DNA from: Takakia lepidozioides | Lineage: Eukaryota; Plantae; Bryophyta | Direction: 5' to 3' | Assembly (NCBI GenBank): GCA_030704615.1 | Contig: CM060733.1 | Coordinates: 56,296,001 to 56,360,000, forward strand | Length of the DNA: 64,000 nucleotides | Part shown: piece by piece, positions 1-13,569 of the stretch | How positions within the stretch are numbered: position 1 is the stretch's first letter | Layout of the letters: the number at the start of each line of letters is the position of its first letter | Made by a program: the position numbers and the translations under genes | The notes under the pieces: model-generated | What the model was told of the DNA's origin: nothing | The model's input: only the letters and a program-made list of their open reading frames with translations | Database searches by the model: none

Positions 1-1661
1 CATCATGGCTCCATGGCCCTTGTTGCCTTCACCTAAAACCAGAATAAAATCCAAATGCTAACCCCAATTGGGTTAGCTTGCCTTCCCCCAAGGTTAGCTA
101 TGGTCCTCCATAGCTTAACCAAGCTAGGGAGGCCATTTTAGATCAGATTTTTGATCTGTAAATTAGTTATGCATGAAAAATAAAATTCCAGCGACAAAAT
201 ATGCTTGAAAAAACACAAAAAACTTTCCTAGATCTTCTACCTTTTTTGGGGCTCATTCTTGTTGTGCAACCATTAGCACTCATCACACTACACCCATGCG
301 AAAGATAGGATTTTTTTTTTTTAAAAAGTTTTGGAACTTGTCATCTTTGCTACTTTCGCACACTTCACATGAAGAGTGTAGGAAGTTGAAGTAAAACTAA
401 GTTTTGCGTGCCATCACAAATGACCACATATGGTTTGTGGTCTACATCTATGCATGCACACTATGCATCTTGTTAGTAAGCTTGGGGAAGAAGAACGGAG
501 TGAAAAAAAAATCGTGTACATCCCTAAACATAGCACATAATATACGGTGTTTGTGGACCTTTGTAGACATTTGTGGAACCTAAATGGACATTTTGGGAAT
601 TATTATCAGGATATGTAAAGTTGTGAACTTTGGAGATTTTGGATTCTGTGTATTGAAAACAATGGAAAAGTTTGGAAAACGTTAATGGCCACTTTGGAAA
701 GTTTTGGACGGTGACGGTAGTGCCCGGGAGCATCGTGGACAAGGCAAGGTCCAGTGGGCCCACACTAGCCCAAACCCCAGGCCCTATATGAATTTAAATT
801 CTAGCGACGATCGAAGGTCGGAAGCTAGTTTAGCGTAGAGCAGGAATAGGGTGCCATAGTGCCATGTCATCATCGCCACGTTTCGTCGCCACGTCATCGT
901 AGCCAGGTCATCGTCGTCGTCAATTTCTTTGGAATCTGCCCGGACGGCCTGCGCGAAATAGGCGAATAGAAATCGCCGCGCCAACGTTTTTGGAACTGCC
1001 CACCATGCCCTGATCTTGATCTTCTTGAACTGCAGGAGCTCTGCGTTTTCCGCCATCGTTCACCTTGCAAGCACAGGCATGGATAGCTGAAGGAGCAGGG
1101 ATCGAGTGTGGGTCCAGATTCATCCATAAGGTCCGGATTTCAAGCTCCAGATTACCTATTATTCGAAAGACAACAAATGGGGAGGAGTTTCTTGCAGACG
1201 GAATCGGAAGCTTTCACTCGTGATTGGGTGGGAAAGAAGAAAAGTGCAGCTTAGATTACACCTTACTTCCTTGTTTCAGACCCGCACAGTGAGTCTCTGT
1301 GATTGATTTTCCATGAGCGCGAAGGGTATGTCAGGTTGTGTCTAGTTGCAAAAGTCCCACATCTGCTTGAAGCTAAACCCAAGTTTCAAACCTAATCTTA
1401 CATTGACTAAATTGTAATTGTTGTCTATCTGCCATAACCTCCCTATAAACCCTAGAAATTGTGATCCCTTATTTGAACTTCAAGGAGTAATTGGCCGATC
1501 TGCCCTCTTTTGGGGGATTTCAATGGAAATAAATTAGAACGGATTGTTCCCCTTCAGGGTTCATCTATCTGAATTCCTAGAAGTGTGAGGGAAAGAGAGG
1601 AGGGGGAGGGAAGGAAAGGATGGACCAATGAACACACCAGGGATGGTCTCTGCTGTAACAG

Positions 1662-1780
1662 AGCAAATGAAATATGTCGACAATCAAAGCGACAAACCAT
1701 CAATGTTGAGGATGTGCTCAAAGCTGTTGAGGAGCTGGACCTCACCGAGTTTTGTGAGCCCTTGAGAGCTGCACTTGCAG
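1662..1780 (+). CDS. DPB4: Internal exon of histone-fold protein gene, NF-YB11 / DNA polymerase epsilon subunit 3 (DPB4/POLE3/CHRAC17)-like
   Basis: AG acceptor ends at 1661 and GT donor starts at 1781. Encodes ANEICRQSKRQTINVEDVLKAVEELDLTEFCEPLRAALA, the C-terminal half of the CBFD/NFYB histone fold. No upstream exon was recognised in the window. Confidence 0.85.
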
Positions 1781-1790
1781 GTGTGTATGG

Positions 1791-1791
<1 letters not shown>

Positions 1792-1818
<27 letters not shown>
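1792..1818. repeat. (CT)n microsatellite just inside the intron
   Basis: Run of ctctct... at 1792-1818. Confidence 0.9.
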
Positions 1819-1821
<3 letters not shown>

Positions 1822-1975
1822 GATGATTTGTAGTGATGACTTGAGTGGATTATTTGAGTTTATTGTTCTGTCTTTCTTTTAAGGGCAAGGTGTCAGATCA
1901 AACTCTAGTAGAAAACCTCTTTAGGGAACACCTCAGAAGTTTGAAAAAGCCAAAAAAGTCAACAAAGGCACTAGT

Positions 1976-2346
1976 TGTCGAGCGGCTTTTACTCACCCAT
2001 CCCTTCGCTATCCGAGGTGGGAACTCCAAGATAGAAGAGTTGGATATCTCTAAGCACTCAGCCCGCTCAGAACAATCAGTCATGACCTACAGCTAGTGAA
2101 TCATGGTTGTGCTTTCTGTTTGTATTTCTTTTTGCCTTCATGTTAGCAAATTACCTTACTGTGTATACTGAAGCATCAGATTGCTTCAGTATCTATCAGG
2201 TTCCATTTACTCATCCATCTAAAGCCTGTGCCTGTCACCCCTAAGGCCTTTGTTGGTCTAAGTCTACCATCCGTAAGTCTGCGCAAAAATTAAGGGTACC
2301 CCACAGAGCCCATAAAAGTGTCTAAATCACAGACAACCCTCTAACA
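1976..2346 (-). repeat. Element A 3' LTR (internally deleted, ~371 bp)
   Basis: Matches 62114-62355 plus 62940-63067; followed on + by the PPT complement TTACCCCTCCCCCT. Confidence 0.93.
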
Positions 2347-2363
2347 TTACCCCTCCCCCTCTC
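2347..2363 (-). other. Polypurine tract of element A
   Basis: Minus strand GAGAGGGGGAGGGGTAA abuts the 3' LTR. Confidence 0.85.
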
Positions 2364-2399
2364 AAAAAGCCATGTCCTCACGGTTTACTATTTAGGATC

Positions 2400-4434
2400 A
2401 GCAAACCTTTGTGAGCGAGCACCCTACTGACGGTGAGAGTCCTTTGGAGGGCTCTGTGTGCGAGCCCGTGCCCTGTCACTGGCTGATGGAGGCGAGTGAG
2501 CACCAAATGGAAATGTCTGACCCTCCTATGGTTAATAACGAGGTAACCTCTCAGGCATATGAGATCCCCGTCGTTTCTTCTCTGCCATGTGTAGTGCATA
2601 GTCCTCCGCAATGTCAAATGGTTCCACTGTAGAACCAGTAGTATCAGAATCATCTTCCCCCCTAAGGTGCTTCGGTGGCCGAACTTTAAGTGGCTCCTCC
2701 GGAATCCTGTGTGGCATACAATGTTGGCCCACCATGTCTGGAAGCTTAAACTGTACTACTTGCTTTAACCGCTTGCAAGCAAAATGAGTGAACTCCTTCG
2801 CCGTATAGGTGAGAGGTGTGCCAATGACTTGGAACAGTGTAAGTATTTCCAGGCTTCATGTCCCTTATAGAAAATATCATCAGGGCCCAATTTCTCTTTG
2901 GCCAAGTTGTTCCAAGCCAAATTAAACCATGAACGAAGCTGGGAATCCTTCTGCATCATGACTTTTGCATCATACAGATACATATGGGGTGGAACTGAAG
3001 GTAAGACCCAATGATCCCCACTAGAATAACTCAGAAATCGTGATTGCATCTTCTGCTGCTCAATGTGATAACGTGCCATGAAACAAGCAGCATAGTATAA
3101 TCCACAGCCCATGACAATACTAGATACCTCCTTGGTCTTGGTGTAGATGTACCCATGAACAACCTGGAAGGCAATTAATTCCTTCAGCATGGTGCCTGCC
3201 TCAAACTAGTACCTTGCAAAGTGATGATCCTCAATGGGCCGATTATTTGGAAGAACCTTAGTCCTAGTTGCCACTAGCAACCAAATACGCATGATCTGGT
3301 AATAATGTGCCAAAGACAGTGGAGAACTAAATTCCTTCCATGCCAAATCCATCACAATGGGAATTTGGTTGAAGGGCATAATCATAGCCCGATTGTACTC
3401 AAGTGCAGTAGAAGTCCTAGGTGGGTTAAAAGCAGCATCCCCCCAAACCTCAGACTGTGGCTTTGCCATTGTATGAACATGGTCAGCCACATACACAGCC
3501 ACCTGCTGTGGGGGCTGTGATATTGTCGCCACTGTCCCTCCTACTACCGGCAACTCCTGCACCTCCTGTGAAGAAAACTGAAAGATCAAAGTCCTGGCAT
3601 GCAAATAAGTAGCCACCAGCTGCTCCTCAGGAACAAAGACTCTTTTATCAATGTTGGAACTCAAGTCATCCACTTGAGTCTGCAGCCCTTCCACATCATC
3701 CTGTAACTCTGCTATCCTACTATAGACATTGTCTATAGTAATTATGGCAATGTTCTGCACCTACAACCTGAGATCATTCATCCCCCCTGGGTGAGTTTTC
3801 TTGGTGCCTTCCCTTCCACCGGCCCTTGTGTTAACCATACTTGCATAAGATGATTATCCACCAAGTCCTGTGTAGCACCCCTGAGAGTCTGCTCCTCCTT
3901 GAGTCTGTACTTATCTAACTACTACTGTAACGTGTCCATGCGCTTCGCATGAGGTTCAACCAGTGCCGCATAAGCAGCAGCCAAATTATTGGCTTCCTTC
4001 CAAGCCTTGTTAGCCACAGAGATTTCATTCTTGTGGCCCGTGAGTGTTTGCTGCAACTGCAGGATGTACTCAGCCTCAACCTGACTGTACTGTTGGAAAG
4101 TATCCTCATTGCGACGGATAGTAGCCTTCAAATCAGCAATGAGTTTCCATTGCTCTACTTTCTCAGCCTCCTCCATCATACATCTCTCTGCTTATCTGTT
4201 AACTTCTAATGCAGTTTGCTCCAGAGCAGTTGTTAATGTGGCACATTGGATGGTCATTTTCTGATGAACTGCCTCCAACTTTGTATGGCGTACCTTCACT
4301 TCCTGCAATTTGCCCTCATGCTCCACCTGCAACTGGTATAGCTATTGCTTATGTGCTTCATGCAACTTCTCCTGTTCCAGACCCGCTTCAATTATATTCC
4401 CCTTTGCCAACTGCAGGGCAGCCTTCGTGTCCTC
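2400..4434 (-). pseudogene. Element A 3' accessory ORFs, distal part: coiled-coil tail of extra ORF 1 and a second extra ORF starting MVNTR near 3838
   Basis: ORF fragments 3922-4179, 3206-3760 and 2765-3190 are separated by stops; the frame continues across the CACTA insertion site (KLQEELE|DTKAALQLAK). Confidence 0.6.
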
Positions 4435-7040
4435 TACTACTACGTTTAGGGGGGGGGTTAGTGACGACGGGACCCCGAGCGCACCAGACACGATGACCCT
4501 CCTGCGACTGCTGCACCGCGTAGGCGCCCGGCCCGGAAATAGCGACGTCTGCGCGTCGCCGCAGCGCCGCTCCGGTGACGCTTTGCCAGCTTGCGATTCA
4601 GGTACGTCGCTGCAGTTGGGGCATGACCCGCCAGCAAGCTGGGGGTTGCGACGCCCGGGCGTCGCACGTGCCCTCTGCGACACTCCCGCAAGGCTGCGAC
4701 GCCCGATAATCGCAACAACACCCCCTCACACTTAGGCGCGTGGGGAGGGCCGAGCCAGCTCGCGCTGGGGTTTGCAACGTCCCAACGTCGCAGCAATGCC
4801 ACAATGGCAACGTTGCGATTCCCCGCAGTCATAGAGGAGTTACACTCCCAACCCTTGGAAAAACTTGAAAAAAAAACCCTACAAACGTAAAGCCATATGT
4901 CCCCACCCCACCAAAAAACAAAACCCTAAAAACAAAACTATTGCAGCTAATCCTAAACTAACTATATTATAACTAACCCTAAACTAAATTATGTAACCCT
5001 TAAAACCCCAAGAGCCAAAGACCCAAAACCCAAATGATCCTTGCAAAACCCCATAACCCAAAAACCAAAAAATAAAATAAAAAATGAGAGGCCTCTTCAA
5101 CTCACCTCTGCGCCAGATCTGCAACTGCCGTGCGACGTCCCCCTGAGGCAGCGACGCTCGTGCGATTCCCAACGTCGCAGCAGATCCTCCTCCTGCCAAG
5201 GTGGCCGCCCTTCTCTCCCCTTCGTGAAGGTGCCTGATCGTCGCTGAGGTTTTCCGGTGGGGTCGCCACACTGGCGCACCGCGGCTGCACGGACCGCCTC
5301 TCACTCCCCCTCTCAATCTCTCTATCTGATCTCTCTCTCCCTCACCCTCCTCCTCTCACTCTTCCTCCCTCCCCTCCCTCCATCCCTACTTTGTTTTTTT
5401 GGCTCTCGAGCTCTCTCGGGCAAAACTACCCCCGCGCGCCGGAGCGTTTTCCAGTGGCGGTGACGCAACACTGACGCGCCACGGCGTTCAAACCCGCGCG
5501 CGCCCTCTCTTTCACTCTCCCTCTTGCCCTAATCCTTCTCCCTCACTCGCTCTCTCCCTCTTCTATGTCGTTTTGTTTTTTGTTGTTGTTTGAGCAAGCT
5601 GGGAGCGCGTCCCCGTGACCTGCTGGTGGAGCGCCAGCACCGCGGGAGGGTCCGCCAGTGTGAAGGAGCTGCCGCGTCTCATTCTCCCTCTTAGCCCTCA
5701 CTCTCCCTCTCGCCCTTATCTCTCTCCCTCATTCCTCCCTCGCTCTCTCTCTCCCTCTTCTCCCTTTTTGTTGTTTGAGCGAGGGAGTGTGCCCACGCGA
5801 CCTGGTGGCGGAGCGCCAACGGAACGCCAGCGTGAAGGAGCTGTTGCGTGAGGCGCCCAACTGCAGGTAAGCAGCCATGCATTTCTGATCTTCATAGTGA
5901 GAGATTTCAGTGAGAGTTTGGGTTCCACGGAGTAGACTGTGGAATCCCCACGGATCTCATAGTATATAGGACAATAGAAGAAGTGTTCTTCAGTTTCAAT
6001 TTCGTGGAGAGAGAGGGAGAGAGAGAAAGAGAGGGAAGATATTCACGTCATGTCAAGACATGGACAAGACCCATAAGGGTCATTGTCAATTAAAGACATA
6101 AACAGTCCTGGATATGGCACTATCTCACATTTCCAGTCTTATCAAATCATCCCAAAAGACACCACCCAATCATCCACGACAAAATAGGGTGGGAGGGCGG
6201 GGTTTGTTCTTGTGTGGGACAAGATAAGATATTGATGTCCATGTGCATGCTGCAAGGCCTCTTGGTTCAGTCTGTACATATACCAGCAGCTTACCAATTC
6301 AGCCGTTAATTATGGCAGATCATGCATCAGCCAAGGCATAAGGACCAGCCTGCATTTTGTCAGAATCTCAGTATCCCACCAAGCAGTCCAACTTGATCCA
6401 GATGAAGTAGATTCCATATCATTTGTATTCACCCCGAGACATGTGATCATACAAGGTATCAAGGGAATGTGAATGCAGCCTGTCAGATTGCAGGTTCAAG
6501 ACTTGTACCAACAAACAACATGAACAGCCGAGATCCAGCCTCTTTTGTATAAAAAATAGATGGCAGGTCATAGGCCTGATGTCATGACAGATCCAAAACA
6601 GTAGGTAGGATTCCATTGCAGCTTACCATCCTCATCCTTTAGGAGTTCCATGCTAAGACATGCAGAGAACACCTTACTACGATCCATTACACATTAGAAG
6701 TAGGCCTGACAAGGAGCAGGGCAGTACCCTACCAGGCTGCCGCCTTAAACTTCAAGGCCATCAGATCCATAGTTACCCAAAACCGCCAAAAACATACCAC
6801 CAAAAACCAGATCCTCTTTGGCCAAAATAACTTACAACCTAGCTTAGTAATCCACAGGCTATGTTGTCAAAGATTAAAAGGTAGGGTATGGTTTGTATGC
6901 AAGCCTCAGGAAACAAGCCTGTCAGGCCGAGCTGCGCATCGGTGGCAGAACGACAAAGGCCAGAATGCAGGCTGGAGCATATCAGGTCAAGGGCAGTTGG
7001 GTTGAAATTGGGGCTGCAGCCAGCAGCCACCTCACAGCGC

Positions 7041-7410
7041 AATCAAAACGCACGAGTATCATGCAGAGTTTAAGGGCGGAGGAAGAGATAGGGCAAACCT
7101 TCGCGATTTCATCCAGAATAGATGAAAAACAGATAATGTAAAGTATTTCCCTGATTCCATCATGATGTCATCCAATAGTGATGGCATCCAAAAGTAGAGT
7201 CTGGCTTTCATTAGGGTTTAGTTTTCATGACCAAACTCATCCAAAGAACCCAGTAATCAGAGAAATTGCTTTAATGGAATTCCTCCATTTTCATGATTAC
7301 ATCCATTGTGGATTAAAAAAGGTTTAGACAAAATTAGTCCAAGCCGTCCTGGGTTTTGGAAAAAGTATAAGCAAATTCCTTGTACAGAGGGAGAGGGAGA
7401 GAGGGAGAGA
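7041..7410 (-). repeat. Inverted copy of 13765-14138 (Penelope-associated terminal segment)
   Basis: Near-identical reverse complement of the sequence downstream of the PLE RT ORF. Confidence 0.85.
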
Positions 7411-8086
7411 GGGAGAGAGAGGGAGAGATGAGGGAAAAAAAAAAAAAATGGGTTGGGGAGGGGGGGGGGGGGGAGTGACTGAGCAGCTGCTCCCTCTCTC
7501 TCCCTCTCTCTCCACAACATGATAGGACAGAGGGAGAGAGAGGGACTGTTGAAGGGGGGGGGGGGGCTGCTCCAGTCACTTCCCCACCCCCCCACCGTTT
7601 TTTTTTCCCCCCCCCTCAACAGTCCCTCTCTCTCCACATCCTGTTGGGACAGAGGGGACGGAGGGAGAGGAGAGAGGGAGAGAAAGGGAGAGATGAGGGA
7701 AAAGAGGGAGAGAGGGAGAGAAAGGGAGAGATGAGGGAAAAAGGGGAGAGGGGAGAGAGTGGAGAGATGAGGGAAGAAAAATAAAAAAGAAGGTTGGGGG
7801 GGGGGGGAGTGACCCAGCAGCTGCTGCTGCTCAGTCACTCCCCCCCCCACCCACCTTTTCGTTTTTTGATTGTGGAATGGTGGGGGGTGCTGAAGCAGCT
7901 TGCTGCTGCTGGTCTTAGCCCCCCCCCGACCTTTCATTTTTTGGTTTTGGCAATGGTGGGGGGCGCTGAGAGCTGCAGCAGCAAGTACTTTCTGCTGCTG
8001 CTCTCACCCCCCCCCCCCCCCCCCCCCACATTTGTTTTTTCTTTTTGGAATGGTGGGGGGCTGACAGCAGCAGCAAGTGCTGGTGC

Positions 8087-9272
8087 GACAGCCTGCAAGT
8101 GCTCTGGCAAGATTCCAGTACTTTTCAATTCCCCTTGGGGTATGCAAAGGCGGCTGAGCTTCAATTCCCTCAATGAGGTTGTCTCTTCCTTTGGCGGGCA
8201 ACTTACTTTAAGCTGTGACTGCTTGCCAATGATCATTAAGATCCAGCGCCGCTCTTAAACCATCAGGAAGTCCCTTCACCCTATAAAATGCTCGTAGATT
8301 TCAGCAAACCATTGCTTGTTTGTGCTGTCGATTATCGAGTTCTTGGAGCTATGTCGAATCCTCTTCCACAAACACTTAAGGTTGTGGAATATCTTTGCTT
8401 TGCTTTTGATCTCTTCTTGCTTTCGGAACGCATATTGTACAGCGATAACAAGCGTGAGGCCTGATATTCACCTGGGGTTCCACATCTTCACTAACTTAAT
8501 TGTTTTTTGACTGCATGTGATGGGACCAGGTGAGGCCCTCACTTAATATGATTCATGAAGCTTGCAATTGATTGAAAACTAGCAAGCTAAAGTGAAGTCG
8601 ACTCCAGCTGTTTCTTCAGGGAGCTGATTCGAATCTGCCCCCATTTCTTGATCTTTCTGGCTATGCTTCCAACTCTTCCTGTTGAGCATTAATACATTAG
8701 ATGAGCTTTATTAGAACACATACTTTCTATTAAAGACTATTGCCTTTGATTTCTGCTACACTACGTGATGGTGCTGGATTTGCTGTTTTACAGCACAACA
8801 TGAGCTTTTTATTTCGGTTTATAATACTGGTATGATGTTGTGGCTTGAATGATATCAAGCAGCTAAGTAAGAGGACATAGGGAACCACAATCTTTTGTTT
8901 TTAGGCCATGTATGCTGCCTGATGCAGACCATCTGGGTTCCTGTCCTTCTCTACTTGTTTGTGACCTTGCAAGTACCCTGCTGGAGTAGACACAGATTGC
9001 CCCAAGACCTAAAACGGGCTCTGGGATAGATTGACTTTACTACTAAGGCATATACCATGACATATTTTTCTGGATTTCTATATAGTCTGTGATTATCAGT
9101 AATCACTTACTACTCAAAACCTTTTGAATCCATTTATACACTGGCCCCAGATTGAAACTAGGTCTTGGGACAAAAAACAAGATGTGTGGACATCCCCTTC
9201 ATGTGTAAATAGTTTAGAAGCTGTTTACTGCTCTAATCTGACCATTATCGCTATATGAAAACTGGAACTTCT
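8087..9272 (+). repeat. Direct repeat copy 1 (~1.18 kb), pseudo-LTR-like
   Basis: Near-identical to 14219-15395. Confidence 0.92.
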
Positions 9273-9736
9273 ACTCTAGTTTATTAATGGGAACATGGGT
9301 GGTAAACTTAGCAAGTTAAACATAATTTTCCTGCTATGAAATGTTTCTAATATTCTGTATGAAGCATACCCTTGATTGGGTCCCTGTTTGTCTGAAACGG
9401 ATGTTTATATGATCCCACCCCCCCTCCCAGAGATTTCATGAACTGTGAGATCTGTTGTATGTCATCAGACTAGTTTATGAATGAAGAGTGATTGATAGTG
9501 CCTCGTTATGAGGCTGATTTGTCATACAAATTGACAAAGACCTTGTTTGGTCTTGTCCATGTCTCGACAAGACATTTTATCTTCCCTCTCTCCCTTAGAC
9601 TAGTGTACTAAGTGGTGTCTGTACACATTATCAGTCAATCTCCATTCTATTACCAGATCTGCTTATGACATACTAACCTTTTTTCTGGCCATAACAGAAG
9701 GTAACCAAACACATCCCTGAATGGAGCGAGGACCTC

Positions 9737-11316
9737 ATGACAATGGGGTACCAGCCCCCTTTACCTCCTCCGATTCCTGCAGTACAAGCTACCTTACTAC
9801 AAATCACTCCAAGTGATTTCCATTCCACTGTGCAAACAATGGATTCTACAGCTATGAACAGTTCAGGTGATGACAACCCTGTTTTATTGCTTGAAACATT
9901 AGCCCTGGAGGATTGGGTAGCTCTTGGAATTTGTGCAAACAGAGGTGGTATGTACCTTGAAAGACTCAAGGAGTACAATGCCAAATTGGTTAAGATATTG
10001 GAACAGGATGCTAGTGAACTGTCTTACTGGGAGAAAAAAGGTGCTGCAATTGAAGAAGCACTTAGGATGGCAAACCTGGATGATGAACAGCTTGCTTCCA
10101 CACAGAAGTCTTCCAATGCCATGGAAAAAGATTTTATTCCATCAGTGACTAACCATCCTATTCTAGGACATATGATTCTGCCTGAAGGAGAAAAGGATGC
10201 AGTTAGGGATTTCTGTGAGCAGGTTGAGCTCTCTCAAGTGGAGCAAGAAAGGCTGCTGGAGCAACACCTGGTAACCTACAGTTCGTCCCTTGGTTGCCTC
10301 CAAGGGCCGTGGAGCTTGAGGTTGCAAATAACGACCACATGATGTGGCACCCGCATGCAAACATCAATTTGATGGCTCCCATATCAATTGATATGTGGGT
10401 AAAATGGGCCAACCTCACACCTGCAGAACGCAATAGGTGTGCAGCAGACGCAAAAGAAGGCTTCCAGAGGTTCAAAAAAGAACCACTTGCGGTCTCATGG
10501 CCTTTGAGGACCTTCTACTACAAAATGTGTGATAAGGGGGATAACATGACTTTGAGGACAAAAAATGACCTCCCGACTGGTTCAGCAAGATCTAAGAACC
10601 ACAAAAGTCAGTTGTTTAACTAGCATAGGCCATACATCAGATGCAATTGTGGACAAGGTGGTGCGCCATCAGCATGCATCGGAAGTGTAGCATGGTTCGA
10701 TCACATTGTTTGGTACATGCTAAACAACCTTATGGTGTTCTTCCCTGACGATGCATTTCCTTCTATTCAAACCAAGTATTATAATTTCTTGGTGTGGATG
10801 ATGAAAACAGCTCGGTCTGCTGTTCTGGCACAGGTAACCTTTCAGATGACTCGAGAGATTATCATGGAGGCTGCTTGTGAGTTTGCTGCAGATCCTGATG
10901 CTAAGGTTCTTGCCAAAATGGGTGAAGCCAAAGGTGCCAGATACATTAAAAGGTTACTCAAACCTGGAACCTTTTCAGATAGCCTCCCTAAACCACACTT
11001 CAGTGGTTACAAAAGACAACGCATGGATGGACCAGCTCCTATGCAGCAAGGCAGGGCTGGTAACAATCGGGGAAGAGGTACCCCTATACGTGGCAGAGGC
11101 CTCTACCAAAGAGGTGGTCGTTCTGGCCGTGGGCAGAGCTCCTCCCACAACTCTGAAAACTCAAAGGCCTTCACCAGAACTTCATACGGTGGTTCTGGCT
11201 CCAATTCAAGCACCACTGTCAATATCGCCAGCCAAGAGTCTTTTCGGACTAGACAAAGCAATGGGGAGGTGTCCCCAATCCACAAGAGAGACTTCAATTC
11301 TTGGATGGACCTGTGA
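9737..11316 (+). pseudogene. ORF1-like region upstream of the PLE RT (coiled-coil, RGG/Ser-rich C-terminus), disrupted
   Basis: Consecutive same-strand ORFs 9737-10342, 10294-10623 and 10717-11316; the tail contains RGRG/RGG repeats. Confidence 0.5.
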
Positions 11317-13569
11317 AGAACTCTCTCATGGTATGTTATTTTACCCTGTTTGTGTAGATGAGATAAATGTTGGAATCAGAAGGATTGAGGCACATGCCCA
11401 TGGCAGGAACTTCATTACCCATGTGTCAAAACCTGCCCCTATAGGTTTTGTACACATGTTGTACCCAAACCGGAGTATGGAGTGGATAAACCCTAAGGGT
11501 TTGATAAAAGACGCATTCCTGTTTTTTGGACAAGCTGATATGGCTCTGATGATTGAGGAAATAATGTTTGGATGGACATATCATAAGCAGAGTAGTATTG
11601 ATTACTACATGCCTGCTTCTGTTTTCCGTGACTTCAACTTCATAACAGATCTGATTGAGTCACCTCCTTGCCTCTGCAATACTGCCAAGAGGTTCAAAGC
11701 CTTCTGTGATACGGGTACGCTAGCTGAATTTCAATTAGGTAATTCAGCCCCCATAGAACATGTGCGTACTATGGATCTGAACATCATAAGACACCCCAAG
11801 CTGAGAGAGCTTTTCAGCCTTGGCATGAACCATATCCCGCAAAAAAGTACACTGCTCAAAGATGTTGTTGCAGAAGTGGTACTTGCCTTTTTTAAAGTAT
11901 GTGATATTTTGCATGTTGATTCTGCATTGCCATGGGCAGAAGAGTGTTGTCTATGGCTAAAAAATACTTGTTGGGACAGATTGAAGAAAAAAGCCAATAT
12001 GACAAGGTTCAACTACTCTCATCATGAGGGAAACCCGCTTGTCATGAAAGATGCTCGTGATGAACTAGACTGGCTTCTTAAACACATGTATATGTATGGT
12101 CTCGATAAGGCTAACAACAATGTTTGTTTTCTATGTGTGAAGCACATCAGAACCCAAGCCTATCACCGCTTAATGGGTAAGGATTTTAGACCATGTCTTC
12201 AAGATGAGGTATGGTCATCACCAGACTCTGTTTTGGAAAGCCTCTTTGGTGAAGTGCAGGATATGATACTTGAAATCCCTGTTACTTTTTGTAGTCTTCC
12301 CTACATGATGGGAATATACAAACTACACAAAAAAAAAAAGTATAGATGGATTACCAATGCCCACAATGCGTGTTCAGTGAAATTGCCAGCCTCCTTACAT
12401 GTGCCACCATGTTCTTGCTGCCTTTAATCAAGGAATGGGCTAGAGCACGCTTAAACACTTATAAACAATTCTTCAAAGTGTCTACTGCCATGTACTGGAT
12501 TATAGACAACATTACAGATTTCACTTTAAATCTTCCTACAAAAATCTATGATGTTTTTGTAGCTGACATCACACAGTGCTATGAAAATATTCCCTTGACA
12601 GGTGAAGATAACTTGGGTGATGCCATTGAGCATGTGATTAAGCTGGCTTTCCAGCAACACCATATGGATCACCCCCGGTCACGCCATGCCCTTTGGGTCC
12701 AAACAAAGAATGGGACCTTCGGGAAGTGCAAGTGGAGTACTTCTTCCCCCAAATCAGGTACCTGGATCGAGCTTCATGAAGCCAGGTTGCTTCAGCTCCA
12801 CAAATGGCTGATGTGTCATTGTTTCGTAGCATTGGGTGACCGTGTTTGGCGTCAAATTTCAGGTATCCCCATGGGTTTCTCGTGTTCACCTTTATGGTGT
12901 AACACTTATTTCCTTTCATACGAGCTTAAGTTCATCTTAAGACTGGCTGCTCTTGGTCAATTTCAATTGATGCCAAAGTTTCAACATGCTTTCCGTTATA
13001 TCGATGACATATGTTGGCTTAACATTGGAAATGCAATGCTATTTCTCAATCCTGATGCAGACATGTGCAGCAGTAATCCCTGGTGGATCTACCCACTTAA
13101 TGTGGTGGAAATCAAGCCTGAGTTACTAAGAACTAAGAATGGATCCCCGTATGAAGGTTTGGAAGCATGCTTCATGAATGTCCAGATTTCTGTATTAAAC
13201 CCTGAATCCGGGGAATTCCAATTTCAGAAGTATGATAAGAGAAGACTCTTACCTTTCTCTTACACCCAGTACATCCAGTTCCTCTCTAATAGACCCGTGA
13301 ATCATTCCTACAACATAGTGATTTCACAAGCTTTTCCAATTCTGTATATTTCCAGCAGTGTTAATCTGGCTTGGAAAGAATGTTGCTTACTCATACATAC
13401 CCTTGGGAAGAATGGCTTCAAAACCAGAAAACTTACACGTATATTGATACGCTTCCTTGAGCAGGGTTCCTTCCCTCGCATGTTTTTCCCGTTACAAGAG
13501 CTCATTGAAAAGTTGAAAGGTATGTTCTCCACTCATAAATATATGATTATATACCTTCTTCATTTGTAG
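10877..13569 (+). pseudogene. Penelope-like reverse transcriptase with a frameshift near 12330-12370
   Basis: Motifs HVRTMDLNII..PKLRELFSLG, DKANNN, ADITQCYENIP, QISGIPMGFSCSPLWCN, FRYIDD, YDKRR...SN thumb; no GIY-YIG endonuclease recognised. Confidence 0.85.

Noticed and set aside
784-1127. Short ORFs and a GCCACGTCATC-rich segment upstream of the host exon
   Set aside because: No recognisable protein; possibly a TE end, but no partner terminus or TSD in the window.
7257-8258. ORFs of 226 aa and 154 aa
   Set aside because: Low-complexity translations of GA/CT and poly-G/C tracts.
8087-9730. Hammerhead ribozyme expected in PLE repeats
   Set aside because: No convincing CUGANGA...GAAA core found by eye; needs a covariance-model search.
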